From a virus: a stretch of 64,000 nt of DNA. The translations under genes were made by a program, and so were the position numbers. Positions 27,853 through 38,615 of the stretch are shown here, in pieces. Under the pieces are notes generated by a model, which saw only the letters and a program-made list of their open reading frames with translations, ran no database searches and was not told the origin of the DNA. The stretch lies in the IMG/VR virus record IMGVR_UViG_3300047319_001547, positions 31,061-95,060 of that record; one strand, written 5' to 3'. Each line of letters starts with the position of its first letter. The first letter of the stretch is position 1.

Positions 27853-29106
27853 TTGAGTTACTCAAGCGCCATCGTCATCGAGGAGCTCGACTCCAATCAG
27901 AAGCCCCTGAGGGTTCTGGAGCTCCGCGGACCCGGGCTGCCCAAGCAGGGGGCCAACTGGGGCGGCGAGAGCGTCGTGCCGACGACGTGGCTGCCCGGCA
28001 ACCCGGACGACGCCACCCAGCAGGTGCTGGTCTCGAAGGAGATCCCGACCCGCTGGGAGGGGATGTGGCATCTCACGATGCTGAACCGGACCCCCTGCAG
28101 GCTCCGGGATCCGTCCGGCCTGGCGGGCATCAGCCCGCAGGAGGCGCAGGACGTCACGTCGCCGAAGCTCTTGGTCGACACCATCGAGGACATGCGCCGC
28201 AAGGGGCGGCTGATTCGCGTCACCTGGGCGGTGAACTCGAGCGACCTGGACGCGCAGTCGATCTCGCGGCTCGGCCGCATGACGCGCGCCGACTTCAAGT
28301 ACAAGCGCCACGTCGACATCGACTGGGAGATCGAGTGGACCTGGAAGTCGCGCGGCACGACGCAGACGCGCGTGACGTCGACCCGCGACGACAACGTGCC
28401 GAGCGCCGCGACGGCAGTTCAAGCAGCCATCGCTGCCGCCGTCACGGCAGCAAATTCTAAGATTCTGAGCGTGAATAGTGAAATCCGGGCGAGCGCATCC
28501 CAATTCACCCTGGGTCAGCTCGAAGTATTTGCCGATGCGCCGCGCGCTTTCGTGCAAATACTTCTCGGGAATCTGTCGCGGTTCGTGAATCGGTTCGACG
28601 AGGTCGGTCGTCTGCTTATTCAGGTGAAGTCGATTCCTCTGCAGATCGCAAACGAAGCGGTCCAATTTGCACGCAACACCGTCGATGTCGGGAATCAATT
28701 CGTCGACGACATCTCGGGAGTACCGGCCGAGCAGACGACGCTATCCAACAACACGACCGATCTTCTTCGTTCGTTCTGTTATTTCGCGCACATCGACGAC
28801 GCGACTCAAACGGTCAACCGACGTGCGGCCGAGATGCAGATGCAGCTGCGTCAGACGCTGTCGACCAACCCCGGACGCGGCGCGCCGTCGATTCGAGAGA
28901 CGTCCGCCACGCAGGCGCGTGACATCATCACGATCCGCGTCGTCAAGAAGGGTGACACCCCGCAGTCGCTCTCGATGCTGTTCTACGGCACGCCCGACCG
29001 CGACGTCGACATCCTGCGGGCCAACCGACTGCCGCTCTATCAGCCGTCGTTCGACGCCGGGTCGCTAGTCGTCATCCCGGTCGTCTCGACCTCTAAGAAG
29101 ATCTGA
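27853..29106 (+). CDS. Tail tube initiator-like protein with C-terminal LysM
   Basis: VVKKGDTPQSLSMLFYG...ILRANRL. Confidence 0.7.
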   Translation: MSYSSAIVIEELDSNQKPLRVLELRGPGLPKQGANWGGESVVPTTWLPGNPDDATQQVLVSKEIPTRWEGMWHLTMLNRTPCRLRDPSGLAGISPQEAQDVTSPKLLVDTIEDMRRKGRLIRVTWAVNSSDLDAQSISRLGRMTRADFKYKRHVDIDWEIEWTWKSRGTTQTRVTSTRDDNVPSAATAVQAAIAAAVTAANSKILSVNSEIRASASQFTLGQLEVFADAPRAFVQILLGNLSRFVNRFDEVGRLLIQVKSIPLQIANEAVQFARNTVDVGNQFVDDISGVPAEQTTLSNNTTDLLRSFCYFAHIDDATQTVNRRAAEMQMQLRQTLSTNPGRGAPSIRETSATQARDIITIRVVKKGDTPQSLSMLFYGTPDRDVDILRANRLPLYQPSFDAGSLVVIPVVSTSKKI

Positions 29107-30815
29107 TGCCCCAGCCGGAGCAGACCTATTGGCCCAGCGCGCTAGTGCGCCTGATCGTGCGGTTCGACGAGTTCGGATCAACCGCCGTCCAGCAGCAGTC
29201 CCCGAAGAAGCCGTCGACGGTGCTGAGGGGCATCAAGGACAGCCGTCAGCCGCTCGTCGCGCAGCTCGACCACACCAACCCGGGGGTGACGCGCATCCTG
29301 CTGGTGCCGGCGGGCGGGACGGCGCCGCCGGGCGGCCCCCAGGGGCAGACGGGGTCGAGCGATCTCCTGACCTGGACGGTTGCGGGCATCATCCCGAAGC
29401 GCGCCAGCTGGTCTCAGAACGGCATCCGGGTCGCCGACACCCTCTCGGCGACGCTGAAGTTCATCGACTGCCCGATCGATCCGCGGACCATCCGGTCGTG
29501 CGCGATCGAGTACTACAGCGGGACCGTGACGGGCGACCAGTACGCGCGCGGGGTCGCGGGCGAGACCCGGACCCCGAAGGGTCAGACGGCCGCCAAGCAG
29601 TCGCTGAACGTCATCCCGGAGACGTGGGTGGACGACTCCGGCCGGCAGCGCACGAATCAGCGCTTTCAGGGATTCGTCGACAAGTGGACGGTCGACTGGG
29701 ACGAGAACGAGGAGCCGATCATTCAGCTCGAGTGCCGCGACAACACGCAGCTGCTGATCGACACCGAGGCGCCGTCTGCGCTGACGATCTCGCCCAAGAA
29801 GACGATCGACCATGCGATCGCCGACTACCTGGCGAACTTCCCGACATTCAGCGGTCTGGCGGTCGAGTATCGTCCGACCGGCGCGACTCCTCCGACGCTC
29901 GGCGGCGCGCTGGCCGGCACCGCATTTCAGCCTCACCTGGGGCCCGCGCCCGCGAAGGGGGGCGGAGCGTCGGCGGGCGAGAAGCTGTCGGTGTGGGACT
30001 ACCTGACGGACGTCTGCGGAGCTCTCGGGCACAACATCCGGGTCGAGGGGACGACGATCGTCATCGAGCAGGTCTCGACGCTGCTCTCCAACAAGGCGGC
30101 GCGCCGCGCTGACGATCCCTTCCAGGGCCGGACGGTCGACGGCGTGCCGTTCACCTATCGGCGCTTCATCTGGGGCCGCAACCTCAAGAAGCTGCAGATC
30201 TCGCGCAATTACTCGAAGCACGCGCCGACCTGCATCGAGGTGAGGAGCTACAGCACGCGTCGCAAAAAGACGCTGGTGGTGCGGTTTCCCGACCCTCAGA
30301 CGCAGCGCGCGCTCCTTCAGGCGCACGCGCTCCCGGGCAACGGCGGGACCGACCAGAAGTGGCTGGTCCTGAAGGTCCGGGGCATCGAAGACAAGGCGAC
30401 CCTGACGGTGATCGCGCAGAACGCCTACCAGTCGATCGGCCGCAACGAGTTCGGCATCCAGCTCGAGACGCCGAACCTCGCGAGCTTCGGCGGCGACAGC
30501 TTGGATCCGGACGTGCTCGACATGCTGGTGGGCGACACGTTCGAGGTGCTGGTGGCGCGCGACCAGGAGACGGACGCGATGAGCGGCACCGAGGACGACC
30601 TGCTGGCGCGCGGCACCGAGCTGATGAGATCTCTGGGGTTCGACGAGGGGTTCTCGGCCGCCTACTCGAACGCCTACACGTCGGCCGGGTTCCTGACGAC
30701 GTTCCGGGTGCGCCAGATGACGCAGGAGTGGGACGCCGAGGAGGGACTCAACATCGCGATCCACGGCGTGAATTATCTGGAAGTCCGGGTCGATCAACCG
30801 TTCGCGGGGTCCTGA
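29106..30815 (+). CDS. Baseplate hub protein
   Basis: FQGFVD...IQLECRDNT; between the LysM gene and the spike. Confidence 0.7.
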   Translation: MPQPEQTYWPSALVRLIVRFDEFGSTAVQQQSPKKPSTVLRGIKDSRQPLVAQLDHTNPGVTRILLVPAGGTAPPGGPQGQTGSSDLLTWTVAGIIPKRASWSQNGIRVADTLSATLKFIDCPIDPRTIRSCAIEYYSGTVTGDQYARGVAGETRTPKGQTAAKQSLNVIPETWVDDSGRQRTNQRFQGFVDKWTVDWDENEEPIIQLECRDNTQLLIDTEAPSALTISPKKTIDHAIADYLANFPTFSGLAVEYRPTGATPPTLGGALAGTAFQPHLGPAPAKGGGASAGEKLSVWDYLTDVCGALGHNIRVEGTTIVIEQVSTLLSNKAARRADDPFQGRTVDGVPFTYRRFIWGRNLKKLQISRNYSKHAPTCIEVRSYSTRRKKTLVVRFPDPQTQRALLQAHALPGNGGTDQKWLVLKVRGIEDKATLTVIAQNAYQSIGRNEFGIQLETPNLASFGGDSLDPDVLDMLVGDTFEVLVARDQETDAMSGTEDDLLARGTELMRSLGFDEGFSAAYSNAYTSAGFLTTFRVRQMTQEWDAEEGLNIAIHGVNYLEVRVDQPFAGS

Positions 30816-31765
30816 TGTTCAGCGCGTTCGATCACACGACGGCAGGCTCCGCGTACGCGCGCCCCGGGATGGACACCCGCCAGTGGTGCAGCCACGGGAC
30901 GGTCGCGCCCGAGACGGCCGACCAGAAGAGCGTGACCTTCACCAAGGAGTACGGGCCGCTGGTGAACGTGACGCTTCATCCGAGCGGCACGCCGTGCGTC
31001 TGCCGGGTCGCCCACGAGGTCGCCGGAAATGGCGAGGGGGAGTGGTTTCCCTTCATAGCGGGCGACGAGGTGATCGTTCTGATTCCGGAGGGGGACGAGT
31101 CGGCGGGCTGCGTGATCGTCGGCCGCCTCAATCAGGAGATCGACCAGTGGCCGCAGACGGTCGCCGGCCAGGACGCCACCAAGAACAACTTCGGGTTCCG
31201 GCGGCTGCGCGTCCCCTACATCATCGAGACCGCGTCCGGCTGGATGGTGCGGCACGCCACCACGGGGGCGTTCTTCGGCTTCTCGCCAGAAGGCGCGCTG
31301 ACGTTCTCGAATTCTGACAAGGCGTTCTTCGCGATCCGGCCCGACTTCATCGGAATGCAGAACGGCGACGCCGACGTGCTGCTGCAGATCGACGTCTCGG
31401 CCAAGCAGATCGTCGCGGAGGCGGCCGGCACCAAGATGGTGCTGGACGCGCTGAAGTCGAGCATCTACACGCTCGGCACCATCGAGCTCGGCACCGCCGG
31501 CAATCAGGCGAGCGAACACGCCACCAGCATCGAGAGCGTCATCCTGCTGATTCAGGCGCTGTTCGCCGCGATCGGTGTGGCGAGTCCGGGTCCGCTGACG
31601 GGAGCAGCGCTGGCGGCTCTCGTTCTGCCTCAGATGAACCTCGCGCTTCCCGCGTCCGCCATCCTCCCCATCGCGCCCTACACGGCGGCTCTCACGACCG
31701 CGCTGTCGATTCCCAAGGTGCCGGGCGTGACGCCGGGCGTCGCAGCACCGGGGTTGAAGATATGA
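30815..31765 (+). CDS. Baseplate spike (gpV-like)
   Basis: OB-fold motif FP..GDEVIVLIPEGD...VIVGRL. Confidence 0.75.
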   Translation: MFSAFDHTTAGSAYARPGMDTRQWCSHGTVAPETADQKSVTFTKEYGPLVNVTLHPSGTPCVCRVAHEVAGNGEGEWFPFIAGDEVIVLIPEGDESAGCVIVGRLNQEIDQWPQTVAGQDATKNNFGFRRLRVPYIIETASGWMVRHATTGAFFGFSPEGALTFSNSDKAFFAIRPDFIGMQNGDADVLLQIDVSAKQIVAEAAGTKMVLDALKSSIYTLGTIELGTAGNQASEHATSIESVILLIQALFAAIGVASPGPLTGAALAALVLPQMNLALPASAILPIAPYTAALTTALSIPKVPGVTPGVAAPGLKI

Positions 31766-32196
31766 GCCTCCCGATCCCCGACGGACCGCCGCTGGCGGTG
31801 CAGCAGGCGCAGGCGGCAGCCGCGACGTTTCCGCAGGCTCCCGTCGATCCGACCGCGGTGCTGCTTCTGGCCGACCAGACGATCGATCTGAACGCCATAC
31901 TCGATCAGGCGGGAGCGAGCGCGATTGCAGGCGGCGGGACGTTCAACGTTGGCACCATCAGCACGCCGCATTTTCCCCCGTTCTGCGGCTTCAAGCTTCC
32001 GTTCCTGCTGTTCGGTTTCTCGTTCAATGTCCCCGAGTTTGATTTTCCGCCGAAGCTTCCGGTCTTCCGGCTGTCGATCGGCATCAACTGCCTGCTGTCG
32101 AACCCGGTCAACATCTCGGCCGGGGTGGCGTACGGGGGCGGGCGGGTATCGACGTCGGATCCGGATCCCGATCTCGCGCTCGACCAGGCATCCTGA
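31762..32196 (+). CDS. Hypothetical baseplate-region protein
   Basis: ATGA coupling. Confidence 0.5.
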   Translation: MSLPIPDGPPLAVQQAQAAAATFPQAPVDPTAVLLLADQTIDLNAILDQAGASAIAGGGTFNVGTISTPHFPPFCGFKLPFLLFGFSFNVPEFDFPPKLPVFRLSIGINCLLSNPVNISAGVAYGGGRVSTSDPDPDLALDQAS

Positions 32197-32208
32197 GAGA
32201 CTTCCATC

Positions 32209-33102
32209 ATGCCGTGCGGATGGGGCGCAGGAGAATGGGGAGGGAGCGCCTGGGGTGGTATCTGTCTACCTACCGTGGCCGGCATGACGATCACGTCGGC
32301 GCTGGCGATCTCCGAGAACGTCATCCGGGTCACCTTCAGCGAGCAGCCGTTCTTCTCGACTCTCCTCGAGCCCGACGATGCGTCGTCGGGGCGCCACTAC
32401 ATCGTGACGCCGATCGCCGGCACGGTGGGGCTGGACGGCAACCCGGTCAGGAGCGTCACGGCCCTGTACGCCACGCAGGATCCGAGCGACCCGACGGGGT
32501 CGACGCTGGACGTAGTGCTGGACCGGCCGATGACGCCCGCTCCCGCGCAGTACCAGATCGAGATCGTCGGCACGACGGACTTCACGACCCGCTCGCCGTC
32601 CGTGCCGGATCCGACCTTTCTGACCTTCACGAGCGTCTTCAAGCAGGTGGCGCGCCCGCAGCTCGACGCGGCCGCGCCATCGCGCGACATCGGCAACCCG
32701 CAGACCGCGGGCGCGCTGCTGGACCCGCTGCCGGTGACCTCCAATCCGCTGGCGCTCGGAACCTTCAACGCAGACGACACGGGCGATTACTCGTTCGACC
32801 AGGGGCTGGTCAGCTACAAGAAGCGGGTGCTGCGGCGCGGCATCACGACCCCGAACGGGTTCGCCCACCTGCCCGGCTACGGGGTGGGGATCCCCGGCTA
32901 CGGGAAGAAGCTCGCCAGCCCGGCGACGCGCGAGAAGATCGCCGCGAACTACCAGGCGCAGATCCTCAAGGAGCCCGAGACGGCGAGCGTCGTCGTGACG
33001 GCCCGCACCGGGACGGATCCCCATCTGGTGTTCTTCGTCGTCAAAGCGAAGATGAAGGGCGGCCAGAGCACGTCTTTCGCCCTGCCGTTCGCCGTCGCCT
33101 AG
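32209..33102 (+). CDS. Baseplate wedge protein (Ig-like + gp25/W-like)
   Basis: RRGITTPNGFAHLPGYGVG; precedes the J-like gene. Confidence 0.6.
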   Translation: MPCGWGAGEWGGSAWGGICLPTVAGMTITSALAISENVIRVTFSEQPFFSTLLEPDDASSGRHYIVTPIAGTVGLDGNPVRSVTALYATQDPSDPTGSTLDVVLDRPMTPAPAQYQIEIVGTTDFTTRSPSVPDPTFLTFTSVFKQVARPQLDAAAPSRDIGNPQTAGALLDPLPVTSNPLALGTFNADDTGDYSFDQGLVSYKKRVLRRGITTPNGFAHLPGYGVGIPGYGKKLASPATREKIAANYQAQILKEPETASVVVTARTGTDPHLVFFVVKAKMKGGQSTSFALPFAVA

Positions 33103-33112
33103 CATCTGGGGC

Positions 33113-34228
33113 GTGCCGGACCTTCCCACGCGCGCAGATCTGTTCCTGCTCGGCAGCGACTACGTCACGCAGCGCGCCAAGCGGATCGATCCGTCCCAGG
33201 TCAACGTCGAGGGGTCGGACGTCAACCTGTTCGTCGGCTCCCAGGCGGTTGTGGCGTTCACGATCGTCAAGCAGCTCGCGTACCGCATCAACGCGCTGCT
33301 GCTGGACGGCGCGGAGGGGGACGATCTCGACCGCTACGCATACGACCGCTACAAGCTGACCCGCAAGGGCGCGAGCGCTGCGCTCGGCACCGTGCGGTTC
33401 TTCCGTCAGAGCGCGGCGCTGGGAGCCGGATCGATCCCCATCGGCACGACGGTCCGCAGCCTGACGGGCATCGAATACATCACCTACACGACCGCGACGT
33501 TCGGCGGGTCAGACCTCGACAACATCACGTGCTTCGTGCGGGCCACGCAGGCCGGCAAGGCGTCGCAGGTCGGGGCGAATCAGATCCGGCAGTTCGCGAA
33601 CGTCCAGGCGCTCTTCGACCCCACCATCCAGGTGACGAACGACGCCGCGACGGCGGGCGGTGAGGACGCCGAGGACGACGACACGTTCCGCAACCGAATC
33701 CGCGACTTCTGGCTGACGGCCCGCCGCGGAGTCTTGGCGGCGATCGAGTTCGGCGCCAAGACGGTGCCGGGCGTCGTGAGCGCGATGGCGGTCGAGGCGC
33801 TGAATCCGTTCGGCCAGCCGGCGCGCGTCGTGAATCTTTACATCGCCGACTCGAGCGGAGTGGCGTCAGCGGCGCTCGCCCAGCAGGTGTCGTTCGCGCT
33901 CGACGACTTCCGGGCAGGGGGGATCGCCGTCCTGGTCTTCCCGTCGCTGCCGCAGATCGTTCCCGTCCAGCTCCGGCTGGCCTTCATCTCGGGCGTCGAC
34001 ACGCTGTCGCTCAAGACGCAGATCCAGGCGGCGGTCGTCGAGTTCATCAACAGCCTGCCGGTCAACGGGCCGCTGTACCTGATCCAGCTCGGAAGCGTGC
34101 TGCAGCGGTTCGTTCAGGACGGGCTGATCGTCGCCAACACGACGATCGTCGTGCCGACCGGCGACGTCTTCCCGTCGAACGGCCAGACGTTGAGGACCAC
34201 CCCCGACCAAGTCACATTCCTGCCGTGA
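33113..34228 (+). CDS. Baseplate J-like protein
   Basis: G.DLD.YA...L.RK.A; GGEDAEDDDTFRNRI; VPGV. Confidence 0.88.
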   Translation: MPDLPTRADLFLLGSDYVTQRAKRIDPSQVNVEGSDVNLFVGSQAVVAFTIVKQLAYRINALLLDGAEGDDLDRYAYDRYKLTRKGASAALGTVRFFRQSAALGAGSIPIGTTVRSLTGIEYITYTTATFGGSDLDNITCFVRATQAGKASQVGANQIRQFANVQALFDPTIQVTNDAATAGGEDAEDDDTFRNRIRDFWLTARRGVLAAIEFGAKTVPGVVSAMAVEALNPFGQPARVVNLYIADSSGVASAALAQQVSFALDDFRAGGIAVLVFPSLPQIVPVQLRLAFISGVDTLSLKTQIQAAVVEFINSLPVNGPLYLIQLGSVLQRFVQDGLIVANTTIVVPTGDVFPSNGQTLRTTPDQVTFLP

Positions 34229-36150
34229 GCACTCAGCCCAAGACCGGCCCCCTCACGCAGGCGGAGCTCCAGGGAATCTGGGAGTCCGCCGTCGATCCGT
34301 CGTTCTGGCGTCCTCTCGAGCAGGCGGGCAGCGGGAACGGCTTCGAGGCGTATCAGCAGGCGTGGGCGCAGTTCGAGCGCGTCTCTCAGGCGATCGACGC
34401 CACCACGCAGTCGATGTTCATCCAGGGGTGGAGCGGCCAATCGGGCGCGCCCGCGAGCGGCCCCGCGAACGCGACCGTCACGATCCAGCTGACGCGCACC
34501 AAGCTGCTGAATCAGCCGCTCATTCTGTCGAAGGGAACCCTGGTCGAGGAGCAGATCACCGACTGGGGGACGCCCGAAGGCGTCGTCGTCCTGACGGGAC
34601 GCCGCTACGCGCTCAACAACGACGTCGTGTTCGAGCCCGGCCAGCGGGGTCCGCTGACCGTCCAGGCGACCGCCGAGCGTCCCGGGTGGGGATACAACAA
34701 CCCGCGGATCGGGACCCTCACGTCCGTCAAGCAGGTCGGGACGAAGTTCAGCAACATCGACGGCACCGTCCGGATCGTCGGCCCGACCAGCGCATCGTCC
34801 CCAACCCCCATTCCGACCGCGACGGTCGAGATCGTCTACGTGGACGCGATCGATCAGCCAGACGCGTTTCTGCCCGATCACGTCGGCCAGTACATCTCAT
34901 TCACGGCCGGGGCGAACGCCGGATCGATCGCGCGGATCGTCGGCTGGCAGCCACCCGATCTGACCGTCACTCCGCCCACCGGAGGGACGATCCACATCGA
35001 GCGCACCGAGAGCACGGTGAGCTTCGGGGGTTCGTTCAACGCGCCCTTCTGGGCGTCTCCTCCCGCCCCCGGGACGCTCCTCCAGTTCAAGGAGTCGCTC
35101 GCGGGCCCGTACGTCGGGACGGGGATCCTTCAGGACTCGCAGGTCGTCGCAGGCAAGCTCTATCTGACGTTCGCCAAGCGGGTCGGAACGCTGACGTTCG
35201 GCGCCCCCGGGACGATCTTCGTCTTCGACGGGCTGGCGTGGGTCGCGGAAGCGTTCGCTGACCAGATCGCCGTCTCGTACGAGTTCACGCCCGAGACGTT
35301 CGCCGCCAGCTGGCAGATCCTCGACTGGGTGGACGACTGGGGGCTGACGGCGACCAACACGACGAGACCGTCGGGCGGACGCGCCGCGATGCTGGACGCT
35401 CTCGGGCGCGAGCGGAACATCTTCCGGTCGACCAACGAGGGCGACGAAGCATTCCGAGACCGGGTGGCGAACCTCGCCGACGTCGTGACGCCGAACGCCA
35501 TCAAGCGGCTTCTGAACAAGATCCTGGGGGCGCTCCCGTGGTGCTTTCGAGAAGCCGGCCAGATCGGCTATCCGGGGTTCTTCTTGGATCACGACGCTCT
35601 CGACTACGACCGCATCATCCCGACGTTCGACCTGGGGGATCCGCCGTACTTTCCGGACGAGCGCGTCACGCAGCTCGACCCGACGACCGGCAAGGTGGCG
35701 AGAGGACGGATCCTCATCCAGGTGCTGATCCCGGCCGGGCCGGTGCCGGGTCCGTCGAGCGGGAATCAGATCAAGGGGATCGCCGACGTCGAGGGAACGT
35801 TCGTGACCGGAACGGCGAAAATAATCGGCGAATCGAGCGGCGCATCAGGGACGGTAAACACGATCGTGGGTGGTCTGAGGGACGAGGACCGCTTCAGGGT
35901 TCTGTTCGACTATTTGAGGATGAGGGCGTGGTTTTATGTCGGGGTTCCTCCTCTCGACACGGGCGACTACGGGTTCGCGTACGACACGGGCCCGACGGGC
36001 GCGTACGACGGGATCGGCTTCCTCGACTTCTACGACGGCTACGCGGTCGGGGCGGCCAACACGTACCGGCAGGTGTTCGCTGCGGTGGACAAGATCCGCG
36101 CCGGCGGGACGGGTTTCGACCTGCTTCTCGCGACCGGGCCCTGCCCGTGA
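34225..36150 (+). CDS. Baseplate wedge/gpI-like tail protein
   Basis: LDALGRERNIFR..NEGDEAFRDRV; follows J. Confidence 0.6.
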   Translation: MSTQPKTGPLTQAELQGIWESAVDPSFWRPLEQAGSGNGFEAYQQAWAQFERVSQAIDATTQSMFIQGWSGQSGAPASGPANATVTIQLTRTKLLNQPLILSKGTLVEEQITDWGTPEGVVVLTGRRYALNNDVVFEPGQRGPLTVQATAERPGWGYNNPRIGTLTSVKQVGTKFSNIDGTVRIVGPTSASSPTPIPTATVEIVYVDAIDQPDAFLPDHVGQYISFTAGANAGSIARIVGWQPPDLTVTPPTGGTIHIERTESTVSFGGSFNAPFWASPPAPGTLLQFKESLAGPYVGTGILQDSQVVAGKLYLTFAKRVGTLTFGAPGTIFVFDGLAWVAEAFADQIAVSYEFTPETFAASWQILDWVDDWGLTATNTTRPSGGRAAMLDALGRERNIFRSTNEGDEAFRDRVANLADVVTPNAIKRLLNKILGALPWCFREAGQIGYPGFFLDHDALDYDRIIPTFDLGDPPYFPDERVTQLDPTTGKVARGRILIQVLIPAGPVPGPSSGNQIKGIADVEGTFVTGTAKIIGESSGASGTVNTIVGGLRDEDRFRVLFDYLRMRAWFYVGVPPLDTGDYGFAYDTGPTGAYDGIGFLDFYDGYAVGAANTYRQVFAAVDKIRAGGTGFDLLLATGPCP

Positions 36151-36155
36151 GAGGT

Positions 36156-36171
36156 TGGAACTCGAGTTCCA
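36156..36171. repeat. Palindrome copy 7 (intergenic)
   Basis: Exact match, 5 nt after a TGA. Confidence 0.97.
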
Positions 36172-36186
36172 GGAAGGATTGAGCGA

Positions 36187-37827
36187 ATGTCGTCTTCGGG
36201 CTGGAAGGAGGAGATCTACAATCCATCAGAGCGCGCTCTCTCGAGCGATCTGATGAGGATGCAGCGCTTCAAGGGGGCGGACGCGGCGGAGATCTGGCGC
36301 AAGCAGATCCAGGACACGCGCGGGACCGACGACTCTCTGGCGGGCGGCGGCGCACTGCCGCTCACCATCACGACGACCGCGCCCGTTTCGGCGGAGGTTC
36401 ACGGCGGCCTGCTGGTGCGGCCCCAGAACGGCAGCCTGAGCCTGTTCGTCGACGATGGGATCGTGACCCTCATCGACCCCGACTCGCCCGAGAACCCCGA
36501 CGAGAGCATCTACAAGTTCGTTCGAGATCCCGGCATCTCGGTGCTGGGCACGCTGCTCATGACCGCCAACCCGGCGGGCAGCATCCGGATCGACATCATC
36601 GAGTGCGCGCGCACCGGATCTCCCGACCTGATTCTCGAGACCGACAACCGCGACATCTTCAACCCCATCACCGGCCTGTTCGCGCCCGCCACCGTCTCGA
36701 AGGTCTCGGCCGGGCGGCTTCAGTACAGGGTTCGTGCCGGCGTGGCGGGAGCTGGATTCCCCGGGCTCGTCGCCGGATGGCTGCCGCTCGCCGTCGTCAG
36801 CAATCCGCCCGCTTCCACGACGAACGACGACATGACCTTCTGGGACGTCAGGCCGCTCATCTCCGACCGCGTCTGGGCGCCCTTCAAGAACGCCTACACG
36901 AACCCGCGGCTGCGCCGGAACTACATCTCGATCGACCGCACGGCCGTCGCCGGCAAGGCGTTTCTGATCGGCCAGGTGGACGCGTCGGTCCACTTCGCCA
37001 ACAACGGCGTGGACGTCGGCTGGTATCGGCTGGGCGGCACGATGAACCGCGGCACCCCCGGGACCGACGGGACGTGCGACCTGAACGACGCCGCCAATCA
37101 GTCGGGCGCGCTGGCGTCTCCCTGCTACGTCTACCTGCTGGAACCCTACGGGCTGCCCCGCTGGGCGCGCTACCTCGACTCGATCGCGGGCACGCGGGTC
37201 CCGCGCTCTCCGCGAGGGATCCCTGTCGTGACGACGATCGCGCCGGTGGCGCTCACCAACGCACCGTCCGCCCCCATCTCACCCCCCGCCTCCACGGGAC
37301 TCATCACCGGAACGCTGGGGGCCGTCTGCATCGGCTGCACGGGATTCGCTGCCGGCACCGTCTTGGGTCTTCAGACCAACGAGGAGGGTGACCAGTGGAC
37401 CGAGGGGGTCATCGGCCTGCTGGGACCGTTCGGGGCCGCCCAGACGGTGGCGGGAACGATCGCCGGGACGGTGTCTAAGTGGACCCTGACGCCCGGCACG
37501 AACTTCCCGGTGATCGCCAAGGCGCTGCGGATTTCGATGACCTTCACCGCAACGGTCGCAACCGGGGTCGATTCTGCTCTGGCTCCCCTTCTGACGCTGA
37601 AGAACACCGGGACCGGGATCGCCGCCTACTGCACGTTCGCGCTCGGCACGTCGACGCAGCGCAACGACAGCGGAATCAATCAGGCATTTGAGTGGACGTA
37701 CAGCGTGAAGATCCCTGTGTCGCCCGCCATGATGGCGAACGGGGCGTTCGACGTATCGGTCGACACGCTGTCGTTCGGCGCGACTTTGACTGCCGGGTCA
37801 CTAAACATCGCCGGATGGGACGTCTGA
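36187..37827 (+). CDS. Probable tail fibre protein
   Basis: Last large tail gene; RIDII...LPLA.V N-terminal motif; beta-rich C-terminus. Confidence 0.6.
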   Translation: MSSSGWKEEIYNPSERALSSDLMRMQRFKGADAAEIWRKQIQDTRGTDDSLAGGGALPLTITTTAPVSAEVHGGLLVRPQNGSLSLFVDDGIVTLIDPDSPENPDESIYKFVRDPGISVLGTLLMTANPAGSIRIDIIECARTGSPDLILETDNRDIFNPITGLFAPATVSKVSAGRLQYRVRAGVAGAGFPGLVAGWLPLAVVSNPPASTTNDDMTFWDVRPLISDRVWAPFKNAYTNPRLRRNYISIDRTAVAGKAFLIGQVDASVHFANNGVDVGWYRLGGTMNRGTPGTDGTCDLNDAANQSGALASPCYVYLLEPYGLPRWARYLDSIAGTRVPRSPRGIPVVTTIAPVALTNAPSAPISPPASTGLITGTLGAVCIGCTGFAAGTVLGLQTNEEGDQWTEGVIGLLGPFGAAQTVAGTIAGTVSKWTLTPGTNFPVIAKALRISMTFTATVATGVDSALAPLLTLKNTGTGIAAYCTFALGTSTQRNDSGINQAFEWTYSVKIPVSPAMMANGAFDVSVDTLSFGATLTAGSLNIAGWDV

Positions 37828-38039
37828 TGGTCGCGGGCGGACATCACGCGGCGATCGGGATCGGCATCACGACGGCGGTGGCGTCGTTCGCGGTCCCGGA
37901 CGGGATCGCGTCGTTCGCCATGAAGCTCCTGGCGGCGCTCGTCACCGGGCTGGTGAGCGGCATCGCCGTGAAGGCCGGCGGGGCGATCTGGAACGCGGTA
38001 ATGCGTTCTAGGGACGGAACTCACCGCCGTTCTGGATGA
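37827..38039 (+). CDS. Small membrane protein (holin candidate)
   Basis: Two hydrophobic segments and a basic C-terminus. Confidence 0.5.
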   Translation: MVAGGHHAAIGIGITTAVASFAVPDGIASFAMKLLAALVTGLVSGIAVKAGGAIWNAVMRSRDGTHRRSG

Positions 38040-38544
38040 TGTTCCGCAGGATGGCGATCAGCCGGCCCTTGTAGTCGCTGGGGCGCCCACGCGTGGCCCA
38101 AAAAAAGAGCGCGCGATCTCGTTCGGCTTCGCTGAGGAGATCCGAGAAACAGGGATTCTCCTCGAACGCGACTTCGATCATCGCGATCTGAGTCCGGGAG
38201 AAGTGCTGGCTGAGCTTCTCGTAGACTCCCCGAGACCCGCTGCACCAATCTCTGACCGTCACGTCGTCGAACCGCACCGCTTTCGCGAGAAACAGAGCGC
38301 CCAAGCCGCACACCCGGCAGGGCCCCATCTCGACGTCCCGCAGTTGGTCGTCCATCCGGGCCTGTCCATTGTTGCGGGGATCGCGAAGGCGGTTGACGGG
38401 ATACCCGTACGTGGATCCCTGCGCGATGAGGGCGCCCGCCTTCAGCCACGCGATCGCGTCCAGCGCGATCGCGATGCGCTGCTCCGCCTTCGTCATCCCG
38501 CCGAACTTCGCGTTCTTCTTCCGCACCGTTTCTGTCTGAGTCAT
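38008..38544 (-). CDS. Hypothetical protein
   Basis: AGGAGGA RBS on the minus strand; CRVC motif. Confidence 0.6.
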   Translation of the reverse strand: MTQTETVRKKNAKFGGMTKAEQRIAIALDAIAWLKAGALIAQGSTYGYPVNRLRDPRNNGQARMDDQLRDVEMGPCRVCGLGALFLAKAVRFDDVTVRDWCSGSRGVYEKLSQHFSRTQIAMIEVAFEENPCFSDLLSEAERDRALFFWATRGRPSDYKGRLIAILRNIIQNGGEFRP

Positions 38545-38584
38545 GGTCGTCCTCCTGACCCATCCTTGCCGCCGCCTCTTTGCT

Positions 38585-38600
38585 TGGAACTCGAGTTCCA
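38585..38600. repeat. Palindrome copy 8 (between divergent genes)
   Basis: Exact match; fills the spacer of TTGCTT-17-CATCCT. Confidence 0.97.
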
Positions 38601-38615
38601 GGCATCCTGACCGGC

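Noticed and set aside
4208-36171. Palindrome as an intrinsic terminator
   Set aside because: It often follows stop codons but has no U-tract, is invariant in sequence and also occurs inside genes.
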